Of a DNA stretch of 64,000 nt, positions 51,350-60,377 are shown one piece after another (position 1 is the stretch's first letter; every line of letters starts with the position of its first letter). The notes under the pieces are model-generated. The model ran no database searches. It saw only the letters and a list, made by a program, of their open reading frames with translations, and was not told the origin of the DNA. Source of the stretch: Myxococcota bacterium (GTDB lineage: Bacteria > Myxococcota_A > UBA9160 > UBA4427); contig OZ252299.1 in the NCBI GenBank assembly GCA_965250285.1, forward strand, positions 4,096,001-4,160,000, read 5' to 3'. Both the position numbers and the translations under genes were made by a program.

Positions 51350-52471
51350 CTACTCCTCGATGAAGGCGTCGAGTCGCTCCATCGTGTCGGCGTACTCGAC
51401 CGCGAACTCTTCCATCACGCTGCGTACGCTCTTCACGTGGTTCATCGAGCCGACGACCTGGCCAACGAAGTAGTTCGCGAGCTGGCGAGCGCCGTCATTG
51501 TTGTGCGCGGTGCGATTGATGCGCGCCTGGTATTCGCGGGTGAGCCGCGGCTGCAGCGGCATCGGCAGCGGGTCGGGGTTCGACTCGTCCTCCCAGGCGT
51601 CGGTCCACGCGCTGCGCAGCTGGCGCGCCGGCTTGCCGGTCAGCGACCGGCTGCGCACAGTGTCGCCCGGGCCGGCCTCGAGGAACTTCTCCTTGACCAC
51701 GGGGTGGGTCTCGGCCTCTTCGGTCGTCAGCCAGACCGAGCCGCACCACACGCCCTGGGCGCCGAGCGCGAGTGAAGCGGTCAGCTGGCGTCCGTTCCCG
51801 ATGCCGCCCGCGGCGAGCACCGGTACGCGATCGCCGACCGCATCGACCACCTCGGGCACGAGCACCATCGTCGAGATCGTGCCGGTGTGGCCGCCCGCCT
51901 CGTAGCCCTGGGCCACCACGATGTCGGCGCCGGCCTCGACGTGGCGCTGCGCGTGCTCGACCGTGCCCGCGAGGGCCGCCACCTTGACCCCCTTCTCGCG
52001 ACCGGTCTCGATCATCCAGGCCGGCGGTGGGCCGAGGGCCGAAGCGATCAGGCTGATCGGGTGATCGAAGAGCATCTCGACCACTTCGCGCTGACTGTCG
52101 GCGCCCACGGCAAACTGCTCGCCGACGGAGGCCCCGTCGGGCAGCTGCGGCACGCCGTGCTGCTCGAGCAGGTCGTCGAGGAACTTTCGATGCGCTTCGG
52201 GGATCCGCTCGTCGAGCTGACCGCCGTCGAACCCACCTCGGTCGCTGCCGGCGAACTTGGTCGGCAACAGCAGGTCGACGCCATAGGGCCGATCACCGAC
52301 GCGCTCTTCGATCCAGCGAAGCTCGGCCTCGAGGCCGTCGGTCGAGTGCGCGGCGACGCCAAAGACGCCCATGCCCCCGGCTTTGCACACCTCGACGACG
52401 ACGTCGCGGCAATGGGTGAAGGCGAAGATCGGAAACTCGAGGCCGAGCTCCTCGGCCAGCGGCGTACGCAT
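51350..52471 (-). CDS. Nitronate monooxygenase-family flavoenzyme (Rv1894c-like)
   Basis: LGLEFPIFAFTHCRDVV, QGYEAGGHTG, LAAGGI, GVWCGSVWL. Confidence 0.9.
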   Translation of the reverse strand: MRTPLAEELGLEFPIFAFTHCRDVVVEVCKAGGMGVFGVAAHSTDGLEAELRWIEERVGDRPYGVDLLLPTKFAGSDRGGFDGGQLDERIPEAHRKFLDDLLEQHGVPQLPDGASVGEQFAVGADSQREVVEMLFDHPISLIASALGPPPAWMIETGREKGVKVAALAGTVEHAQRHVEAGADIVVAQGYEAGGHTGTISTMVLVPEVVDAVGDRVPVLAAGGIGNGRQLTASLALGAQGVWCGSVWLTTEEAETHPVVKEKFLEAGPGDTVRSRSLTGKPARQLRSAWTDAWEDESNPDPLPMPLQPRLTREYQARINRTAHNNDGARQLANYFVGQVVGSMNHVKSVRSVMEEFAVEYADTMERLDAFIEE

Positions 52472-52498
52472 GGGTGGATCCTCCGGATGAGTCTCGGG

Positions 52499-53587
52499 TC
52501 AGGATGCCTGGGCGAAGCCCTGCAGCTCGGCGGCCTGGGCTCGCAGCTGCTCGGGCCCGCCGAGCAGGTGACGCGCATTGGCGATGCGCTTGAACCAGAA
52601 GTGGAGGTTCTGCTCGTCGGTCCAGCCGATGCCGCCATGCACCTGCGTCGACACGCTCGCGATCTCGCGGCCGACCTCCGAGACGTGCGCGAGCACCTGT
52701 CGCGCCATGAGCGGCGTCTCATCGGGCACCGCGTCGAAGCTGTGCGCCGCGTACCAGAGCAGGGACCGGGCCGGCTCGACCTCGGCGATCATCTCGGCAC
52801 ACATGTGCTTCACCGCCTGGAACGATCCGATCACGCGATCGAACTGCTTGCGCTCCTTCGCGTAGGCCACGGCCTGATCGACCATCGACTCACAGCAGCC
52901 GAGCGCGTCGGCGGCGAGCGCGATGCGGCCGGCCTCGAGCATGCGGCGGATGGCCTCGCCGGCCCCCTCGACGACGGCGCGGGGCTCGGCGCCGTCGAAC
53001 ACGATCTCGGCGGTGTCGCGGGTCGCGTCGACGGTGAGCAGCCGTTCGACCGACACGCCGGCGGCGTTTCGGTCGACGACCGCGAGCGTCTCATCGTCGA
53101 CGGCCACCAGCAGCAGATCGGCCGCCGTCGCATCCAGCGCCATCATCGCCTTGCCCGAGAGTCGTCCCTGCTCGAGCGACAGGCCCGCCTCTTCGCGCAC
53201 CGAGAAGAGCTCGGTGGCGGCGACGCCGAAGACGACGTCGCCCGTCGCGATGCCCGAGAGCCAGGCCTCTGCATCGGCGCCGCCCAGCTCGCGGAGCGCG
53301 GTCACCGCCATGACCGCCGTCGACAGAAACGGCGCTGGGGTGGCCGCGAAGCCGATGACCCCGGCGACGAGCGCCGCGTCGAGCAGCTTGAGCCCTGCCC
53401 CACCCTGCGCTTCGGGCACGAGCACCCCCGTCACGCCGAGCTCGGCGAGGGCCGACCAGATGCCCCGGTCGTTCGGCTGCGCATCGTGGCGCAGCTCGCG
53501 CACACGCTCGATCGGCACCTGCTCGGCGAGGAACCCGCGCAGGGTCTCTTCGAGCATCTTCTGATCGTCGGAGAGTCCGAAATCCAT
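52499..53587 (-). CDS. Acyl-CoA dehydrogenase (short beta-like subunit)
   Basis: MDFGLSDDQ, RKQFDRVIGSFQAVKH, QVHGGIGWT. Confidence 0.93.
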   Translation of the reverse strand: MDFGLSDDQKMLEETLRGFLAEQVPIERVRELRHDAQPNDRGIWSALAELGVTGVLVPEAQGGAGLKLLDAALVAGVIGFAATPAPFLSTAVMAVTALRELGGADAEAWLSGIATGDVVFGVAATELFSVREEAGLSLEQGRLSGKAMMALDATAADLLLVAVDDETLAVVDRNAAGVSVERLLTVDATRDTAEIVFDGAEPRAVVEGAGEAIRRMLEAGRIALAADALGCCESMVDQAVAYAKERKQFDRVIGSFQAVKHMCAEMIAEVEPARSLLWYAAHSFDAVPDETPLMARQVLAHVSEVGREIASVSTQVHGGIGWTDEQNLHFWFKRIANARHLLGGPEQLRAQAAELQGFAQAS

Positions 53588-53600
53588 CGTGCGTACCCCC

Positions 53601-54794
53601 TCAGCCCTTGGCCGGCTTCGGCTCGCGCGGCATGCCGAGGCCGCGCTCGCTGATGATGTTCTTCTGGATCTGTGCCGTGCCGCCCCCGATGATCAGACCG
53701 AGCGAGAACATCGAGTGGGCCTGCCACCAACCGCGATCCCGCTCGTACTTGGTGTGGTCGTAGAGCGCACCGAGCTCGCCCATGGCGTCGATGGCGAGCG
53801 CCGCCATGTCGAAGCTCAGCTGACAGTTCTGCAGCTTCACGATCAAGCCTGCGACGCCGGGGCTCTCGTTCTTGAGCGTGCAGGTCAGCATGCGCATCGA
53901 GTGGTACTTCATCGAAAGCGCGCGCGCGTGCAGCTTCATCAGCCGGTCTCGGTACACCGGGCTGGCCATGAGCGACACGCCGTTCACCGTCTCTCGCTCG
54001 AGCAGCCGGGCGAGCTTCATCCACGTGCCCTCGGCGTTGGCGTTCAGCGAGCTGCGTTCGTGCTTGAGCGTGGTGTTGGCGATCTTCCAACCTTCGCCGC
54101 GCTGCCCCACGACGTTGGCTTTCGGGATTCGCACGTCGGTCAGGAACACCTGATTGAACGAGTTCTCACCGATGTCGCCGCTCATCGTGCGCAGGGGCTG
54201 CACTTCGATCCCCGGCGTCGACATGTCCATCAGGCAGTAGCTGATCCCCTCGTGCTTCTTCGCGTCGGGCTCGGTCCGAATCAGGATGAAGCACATCTGC
54301 GAGAGGTCGGCGGTGCTCGTCCAGATCTTCTGGCCATTGACGATGAAGTCGTCGCCATCTTCGACGGCCGACGTCTGCAGGCTCGCGAGGTCACTGCCCG
54401 AGCCGGGCTCGCTGTAGCCCTGACACCAGACCACCTCGCCGCGCAGCGTGGCGCCGATCCAGCGCTGTTTCTGTTCTTCGGTGCCGTGAGCGAGGAGCGT
54501 GGGCACGAGCATCGACGGCCCCTGAGCCATCGTGCCGCGGGCGACGCCGGCCTTGTTGAACTCTTCGTCCATGATCACGGTCTCGAGCACGTCGGGCGCG
54601 GCGCCAAAGCCGCCGTAGGCCTCGGGGATCGTGCGCGCCCAGTAGCCGTGCTCGATCAGGGTCGAGAGCCACTCGATGCGAGCGGCCTTGCCCTTCTCAT
54701 CCATCCCGATGCGACCGGGCGGCTTGTGCTTCTTCAGGAATTCCTGCACCTCGGCGCGGAACGCGTCGTACCGGGCGTCGATCTCGAGATCCAT
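53601..54794 (-). CDS. Acyl-CoA dehydrogenase (alpha-like subunit)
   Basis: WCQGYSEPGSGSDLASL, NGQKIWTS, LKHER, IGGGTAQIQ. Confidence 0.94.
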   Translation of the reverse strand: MDLEIDARYDAFRAEVQEFLKKHKPPGRIGMDEKGKAARIEWLSTLIEHGYWARTIPEAYGGFGAAPDVLETVIMDEEFNKAGVARGTMAQGPSMLVPTLLAHGTEEQKQRWIGATLRGEVVWCQGYSEPGSGSDLASLQTSAVEDGDDFIVNGQKIWTSTADLSQMCFILIRTEPDAKKHEGISYCLMDMSTPGIEVQPLRTMSGDIGENSFNQVFLTDVRIPKANVVGQRGEGWKIANTTLKHERSSLNANAEGTWMKLARLLERETVNGVSLMASPVYRDRLMKLHARALSMKYHSMRMLTCTLKNESPGVAGLIVKLQNCQLSFDMAALAIDAMGELGALYDHTKYERDRGWWQAHSMFSLGLIIGGGTAQIQKNIISERGLGMPREPKPAKG

Positions 54795-54816
54795 GGGGCT
54801 CCCCTCTCTCGTCGGT

Positions 54817-54876
54817 TCGGCTGCGCTCAGGCCTTCGGACCGGTCATGGGTCGGCTGCGCTCAGGCCTTCGGACCG
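54817..54876. repeat. 26-bp direct repeat (34-bp period) spanning a stop codon
   Basis: TCGGCTGCGCTCAGGCCTTCGGACCG at 54817 and 54851. Confidence 0.85.
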
Positions 54877-55661
54877 CGCGTGCCGGGTGCGGGCGGATCG
54901 ACCGCACCGCCCGCAAAGCACTGTGCGATCGCCATCCATGCGGTTGCGACGGGGCCCGTCACTTCGAGCGCCGTATCGGCGACGTTGCGTCCCTGGGTGA
55001 CGACGTGGCAGAAGTCGATGGCCGTGCCCCGTACGCACTCGGTCTCGCTTGGCTCGCCGAACTCCCAGACCGCGCCCGAAGGCGCCTCGAGTCGGACGTA
55101 GGGCGGCGGGCCCGGCGGCTCCTGCTGACGGTTGATGAACGTCCAGCCGAACGTCTTCACGCCGATCGTCGCGATGTGCTTGATGCGGTCGGTGTAGCCG
55201 CGGGTCGCGCCCGCCAGATCGTAGATCTCCTGACCGTGGGCCCAGGTCTCCATCAACCGAGCGGTCGTGAACATCGGCACGCCCATGTCCGGCCCGAACC
55301 AGGGCAGGCGGCGCTTCGGCGCCGACGCCCCCAACGCGTCGGCGAGCTCGAAGGCGGTCTGCTTCCAGGCGGTGAGCAGACCGGGCGCGTCCAGGTCGCC
55401 GAAGCGCTCGCGCGCGAGCTGCTTGTTCTTCTTGCCCTCGACCAGGGCGGCCATCAGGGTGTCACGTTCGCCTGCGAATGCCTCTTCGCCTGCGAGGGAC
55501 GCCATCGATACGACGTCGAAGTAGTGGAGATGGGCGACCACGTCCCAGGGCGTCCACTCCATGAAGCCCGTCTCTTCGGCCCACTGCTCGGGTGTGAGCT
55601 TCTCGAGAAACGTGTGCAGCTCGTCGACTTCGTCCTTGAAATCCTGACTGATCGGAAGCAC
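54861..55661 (-). CDS. TIGR03084-type (MDMPI/DinB-like) metal-binding protein
   Basis: WTPWDVVAHL, PWFGP, ARLMETWAHGQ, VTQGRN, AQCFAG. Confidence 0.88.
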   Translation of the reverse strand: MLPISQDFKDEVDELHTFLEKLTPEQWAEETGFMEWTPWDVVAHLHYFDVVSMASLAGEEAFAGERDTLMAALVEGKKNKQLARERFGDLDAPGLLTAWKQTAFELADALGASAPKRRLPWFGPDMGVPMFTTARLMETWAHGQEIYDLAGATRGYTDRIKHIATIGVKTFGWTFINRQQEPPGPPPYVRLEAPSGAVWEFGEPSETECVRGTAIDFCHVVTQGRNVADTALEVTGPVATAWMAIAQCFAGGAVDPPAPGTRGPKA

Positions 55662-55691
55662 GTGGCTCCTCCTCGTTCGGGTCCGTGCGCG

Positions 55692-56459
55692 CTACTCGCT
55701 CTGTGCCCAGGGCGGCTTCTCTCGCTTGAGGAAAGCCTTCATACCGGCGGCGGCCTCTTCGCCCTTGAAGAGACCGGCCGAGAGCTCAGACGTCCACGCG
55801 AACGCCGCTTCGCGCTCCATGCCCGGGACCGTGTAGACGAGGCGCTTCGCCTCACCGAGCGCAGTCGGCCCGCCCAGCCGAAGGTCGTCGAGCACCTCAC
55901 CGACCGCTGCATCCAGCTGGGCTTCGGGAACCGCGCGGCTGATGAGACCGTACTCGGCGGCCTTCGCGGCCGTGAAGCGGTTGCCCCGCAGAAAGGCCTC
56001 CATCGCCTCGCCGCGCCGCATCTTCGGCAGGCAGACGACCGAGATGATCGCCGGCGCCACCCCGAGGCGAACCTCGGTGAAGCCGAACTTCACGTCGTCC
56101 TGCGCGATCGCGATGTCGAGCGCCGCCGCAAGGCCGTTGCCGCCACCGACCACGTGCCCGCGGATCTTGCCGACCACCGGCGTCGGCGAGCGTTGGATCA
56201 TCATCAACAGCTCGTCGAGGCCGACCTTCGGGCGCTCGCCGGCCTCGGCCCCCGACTGCTGCTTCAGATTCGCGCCCGCACAGAACGTGTTGCCCTCATT
56301 GGTGAGGACGACGGCCCGGATCGCCGGGTCGTCGTTCGCGCGCTCGAGGCCTTCGTAGATGCCGTTGATGACCGGCGCGCCGAGCGCGTTGCGGTTCTCG
56401 ACATCGGCCAGCGTGATCGTGAGGATGCCGTTCTCGACTTCGCTGCGGACCTCGCCCAT
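55692..56459 (-). CDS. Enoyl-CoA hydratase (AtuE/LiuC-like)
   Basis: RNAL, FCAGANL, GGGNGL, FTEVRLGVAPA. Confidence 0.9.
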   Translation of the reverse strand: MGEVRSEVENGILTITLADVENRNALGAPVINGIYEGLERANDDPAIRAVVLTNEGNTFCAGANLKQQSGAEAGERPKVGLDELLMMIQRSPTPVVGKIRGHVVGGGNGLAAALDIAIAQDDVKFGFTEVRLGVAPAIISVVCLPKMRRGEAMEAFLRGNRFTAAKAAEYGLISRAVPEAQLDAAVGEVLDDLRLGGPTALGEAKRLVYTVPGMEREAAFAWTSELSAGLFKGEEAAAGMKAFLKREKPPWAQSE

Positions 56460-56691
56460 GCGCGTGGCTCCTTCCTTCTATCTACCTATGCGACCGGCCG
56501 CGTGCCTCTCGCACCGCCGCCGCGACGCTCGCTGGGGACCTCGGTCGCGGACGGATGAAAATATGACTTGCCTACCATTACCGCAAGCGTTACCTCTCAA
56601 TGGGTCGACGCACAGCCTCAGTCGACGGCCGTCAACCGATCCCCCAGGCCCGGCCCAGGCGCGTGCCCGGCGGATCCTCGCCGGGGATGCC

Positions 56692-58371
56692 ATGCCGACC
56701 TCGCCCACGACACCCGCCCTGCTCGCGCCGCCGCTGCGCTCGAATCTCGACGTGCGCAGCCCCGAGTTCGCCGAGAATCGCGACGCGATGCTGAAGCGCC
56801 TCGAAGAGATCGAGGCGCTGCTCGACGAGGCCGAGCTCGGCGGCGGCGCGTATCACCACGAGCGCCTCGCGAAGCGCGGCAAGCTGCCCGTCCGTGAGCG
56901 GATCGCACTGGCCCTCGACCCCGACTCGCCCTTCCTCGAGATCAGCTCGCTCGCCGGGTACAACAGCGACTACGCCGTGGGCGGTGGCGCCGTCATGGGT
57001 ATCGGGATCATCGCCGGCGTCGAGTGCGTCATCTTCGCGAACGACCCCACCGTGCTCGGCGGCGCGCTCACGCCCTACGTCAGCAAGAAGTGGATGCGCG
57101 CGCTCGAGATCGCGCGCGACAACCACATCCCGTACGTCAGCTTCGTCGAGAGCGCCGGCGCCGATCTACGGATGGGCGGCGACGATGACGACGGGGACAA
57201 GAAGAAAAAGAAGAAGAAGGGCGCCAAGGTCAATCACTTCGCCGAGAGCGGCCGCTTCTTCTACGAGATGATCGAGCTCTCGAAGCTCGAGATCCCGACG
57301 ATCTGCGTGGTGTTCGGCTCGTCGACGGCGGGCGGGGCGTACCAGCCCGGCATGAGCGACTACAACGTCGTCATCAAGAAGCAGTCGAAGATCTTCCTGG
57401 CGGGCCCGCCGCTCGTGAAGATGGCCACCGGCGAGGACAGCGACGACGAGAGCCTCGGCGGCGCGCAGATGCACGCCGACACGTCGGGGCTCGGCGAATA
57501 TCTGGCCGAGGACGAGCCCGACGCGCTGCGGCTCTGTCGCGAGATCGTGTCGCATCTCAACTGGCACAAGCCCGGCCCGGCCGCGTCGCTGGCCGCCGAT
57601 CCGCCGGCGCTCGACGAAGAAGAGCTGCTGGGCATCATCGACCCCGACCTGCGTCGACCGGTCGAGATTCGGGACGTGATCGGGCGCATCGTGGACGGCT
57701 CGCGCTTCGAAGAGTTCAAGCCGCGCTACGGGCCGACCATGGTCTGCGGCTTCGCCTCGATTCAGGGCTACCCGGTGGGCGTGCTCGGGAACAACGGCGT
57801 GATCTATCCCGAGGCCGCCGAGAAGGCCGCGCACTTCATCCAGCTCTGCAATCAGATCGACATGCCCCTCGTCTTCTTGCAGAACCTGACCGGCTTCATC
57901 GTCGGCCGGGCCTTCGAAGAGTCGGGCATCATCAAGAAGGGCTCGCAGCTGATCAACGCGGTCACGAACAGCGAGGTGCCCCACATCACGATCATCGTCG
58001 GCGCCAGCTACGGCGCCGGCACCTACGCCATGAGCGGCCGCGCCTACAACAATCGGTTCACGTTCATTTGGCCGAGCGCGAAGATCGCGGTGATGGGCGG
58101 CAAGCAGATCGCGGGCGTCATGTCGATCGTACGGCGCGGCCAAGCCGCCAGGAAGGGCCTCGAGTTCGATGAGGAGGCCGACACGAAGATTCGAGAAGCC
58201 GTCGAGCGCGCCCAGGAGGCCGGCTCGATCGCGCTCGAAGCGAGCGGCGCGATCAGCGACGACGGCATCATCGACCCGCGCGATACGCGCACCGTCCTCG
58301 GGCTCTGTCTCTCGGTCGTGCGCAACAAGCCCGTCGAAGGCACCGACGGCTACGGAGTGTTCCGGCTGTGA
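56692..58371 (+). CDS. Acyl-CoA carboxylase carboxyltransferase subunit (AtuC/AccD2-like)
   Basis: RGKLPVRERI, VESAGADL, STAGGAY, FLAGPPLVK, DDGIIDPRDTR. Confidence 0.94.
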   Translation: MPTSPTTPALLAPPLRSNLDVRSPEFAENRDAMLKRLEEIEALLDEAELGGGAYHHERLAKRGKLPVRERIALALDPDSPFLEISSLAGYNSDYAVGGGAVMGIGIIAGVECVIFANDPTVLGGALTPYVSKKWMRALEIARDNHIPYVSFVESAGADLRMGGDDDDGDKKKKKKKGAKVNHFAESGRFFYEMIELSKLEIPTICVVFGSSTAGGAYQPGMSDYNVVIKKQSKIFLAGPPLVKMATGEDSDDESLGGAQMHADTSGLGEYLAEDEPDALRLCREIVSHLNWHKPGPAASLAADPPALDEEELLGIIDPDLRRPVEIRDVIGRIVDGSRFEEFKPRYGPTMVCGFASIQGYPVGVLGNNGVIYPEAAEKAAHFIQLCNQIDMPLVFLQNLTGFIVGRAFEESGIIKKGSQLINAVTNSEVPHITIIVGASYGAGTYAMSGRAYNNRFTFIWPSAKIAVMGGKQIAGVMSIVRRGQAARKGLEFDEEADTKIREAVERAQEAGSIALEASGAISDDGIIDPRDTRTVLGLCLSVVRNKPVEGTDGYGVFRL

Positions 58372-60302
58372 AGCGAATTCAGACCCTCCTCATCGCGAAC
58401 CGGGGCGAGATCGCGCGACGCATCATGGAGAGCGCCCGCGACATGGGCATTCGCTGTGTTGCGGTCTACACCGATGCCGACGCCGATGCGCCTTTCGTCA
58501 CCGAGGCCGACGAAGCCATGCGGCTGGCGACGTCGTACCTCGACGCCGACGCCGTGTTGGCCGCCACCAAGTCGACCGGCGCCGACGCCGTGCACCCCGG
58601 CTACGGCTTCCTGTCGGAGAACGCCGACTTCGCGCGCGCCGTCGAGACCGCGGGCATCGCATGGGTCGGGCCCTCCCCCGAGGCCATCGAGCAGATGGGC
58701 GACAAGATCGCCGCAAAGGCCCTCGCCGAGAAGGCGCAGGTGCCGACCCTGCCGGGCAGCGAAGACCCGGCCGATGCGGCGAGCGTCGGCTACCCCCTGC
58801 TCGTCAAGGCCGCGGCCGGCGGCGGTGGCAAGGGCATGCGTGTCGTCGAGCGAGCCGAGGATCTCGATGAAGCCGTCGTGGCGGCCAAGCGCGAGGCCCT
58901 CGGCGGCTTCGGCGACGACCGCGTGTTCATCGAGCGCTACGTCTCGCGCGCGCGGCATATCGAGATCCAGATCCTGGGCGACGCGCACGGCGAGATCGTG
59001 CATCTCGGTGAGCGAGAGTGCTCGATCCAGCGGCGCCACCAGAAGATCCTCGAAGAGTCGCCCTCGCCGCGCGTCGACGATGACCTGCGCACGACGATGG
59101 GCGAAGCGGCCCTGCGCCTCGCGGCCGAGCTCGGCTACCGCTCGGCGGGGACGGTCGAGTTCCTCGTCGACGACGACACGGGCGAGTTCTTCTTTCTCGA
59201 GGTGAACACGCGCCTTCAGGTCGAGCACCCGGTGACCGAGCTCGTCACGGGCATCGACCTCGTCCGCGAGCAGCTGCGCATCGCCGCCGGCGAGCCGCTC
59301 GAGGTCGAGCAGGACGAGATCTTCGCCGAAGGCGCGGCCATCGAGGCACGCCTGTACGCCGAAGATCCCGCGAACGACTTCCTCCCCGCAACCGGCCGGC
59401 TCGCCGCGTTCGCGCCGGCCGAGCAGCCGGTCGTGCGCTGGGATTCGGGCGTCGAGCAGGGCTCGGTGGTCGGCACCGACTTCGATCCGATGCTCGCCAA
59501 GGTGATCTCGTTCGCGGCGACGCGCGAAGAGGCCGCGCTGCAGCTCGCGCTCGCGCTCGAGCGCACGCACATCGGCGGCGTGACGACGAACCGCGACTTC
59601 CTCGTGAACGTGCTGCGCACCGACGCGTTCCTCGAGGGCGATACCACGACCGACTTCATCGAGCGGGTGAACCCCCCGCGTCACCACCAACCGACCGAAG
59701 CCGAACGCGAGCTGCTCGCTCGGGTGGCCGCGATGTGGATCCAGGGTGAGAACCGGCGCAACGCCCGGGTCTGGCAGGAGGCCCCGTCGGGCTGGCGCAA
59801 TGCCCGCCTGCCCGACCAGAAGCTCGTGCTCCACGTCGGCGACGCATCGGAGACCGTGCTGTATCGCTCGCAACGCGACGGCCGATTTCGCTTCCCCGAC
59901 GGCGCGACCGCCCGGGTGCACGCCTGGCGCGACGACGGCATCGACGTCGAGATCGGTGGGCGACGCATCGACGCACGCGTCACGCGCGACGGCGACGTCA
60001 TCCACATCGGTGGGCCGAACGGCGACGTGAGCTTCCAGATCGAGCCCCGCTTCAAGCTCCCCGGCGCCGACGACGACGCGGGCGGCTTCGTGGCCCGCAT
60101 GCCGGGCAAGGTGATCGAGCTGCGCGTCGGCGTGGGTGACCGCGTCACGACGGGCGACACCGTGCTCGTGCTCGAGGCGATGAAGATGGAGAACCCGGTG
60201 CGCGCTGCCGAAGACGGCGTCGTCACCGAAGTACGGGTCGCCGAAGGCGATCAGGTCGAGGCGGGGACGGTGCTGATCGTCGTCGAGACCGACGCGAGCT
60301 GA
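58368..60302 (+). CDS. Acyl-CoA carboxylase biotin carboxylase/BCCP subunit (AtuF/AccA2-like)
   Basis: LIANRGEIA, HPGYGFLSEN, GGGGKGM, RECSIQRRHQK, EAMKM. Confidence 0.96.
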   Translation: MKRIQTLLIANRGEIARRIMESARDMGIRCVAVYTDADADAPFVTEADEAMRLATSYLDADAVLAATKSTGADAVHPGYGFLSENADFARAVETAGIAWVGPSPEAIEQMGDKIAAKALAEKAQVPTLPGSEDPADAASVGYPLLVKAAAGGGGKGMRVVERAEDLDEAVVAAKREALGGFGDDRVFIERYVSRARHIEIQILGDAHGEIVHLGERECSIQRRHQKILEESPSPRVDDDLRTTMGEAALRLAAELGYRSAGTVEFLVDDDTGEFFFLEVNTRLQVEHPVTELVTGIDLVREQLRIAAGEPLEVEQDEIFAEGAAIEARLYAEDPANDFLPATGRLAAFAPAEQPVVRWDSGVEQGSVVGTDFDPMLAKVISFAATREEAALQLALALERTHIGGVTTNRDFLVNVLRTDAFLEGDTTTDFIERVNPPRHHQPTEAERELLARVAAMWIQGENRRNARVWQEAPSGWRNARLPDQKLVLHVGDASETVLYRSQRDGRFRFPDGATARVHAWRDDGIDVEIGGRRIDARVTRDGDVIHIGGPNGDVSFQIEPRFKLPGADDDAGGFVARMPGKVIELRVGVGDRVTTGDTVLVLEAMKMENPVRAAEDGVVTEVRVAEGDQVEAGTVLIVVETDAS

Positions 60303-60377
60303 ACCGGGCGCGGCGCCCGGCGCCGGGCCGAGCCTGCTTCGACCCAGGGCGCGCCGCTGCCCCGAGGAGACCGACCG

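Noticed and set aside
53589..56558. Long antisense/alternate-frame ORFs (also 45779-48676, 58350-61121, 15078-17276, 89-850, 62873-63892)
   Set aside because: Shadow ORFs of high-GC genes; they overlap well-supported CDSs and carry no motifs
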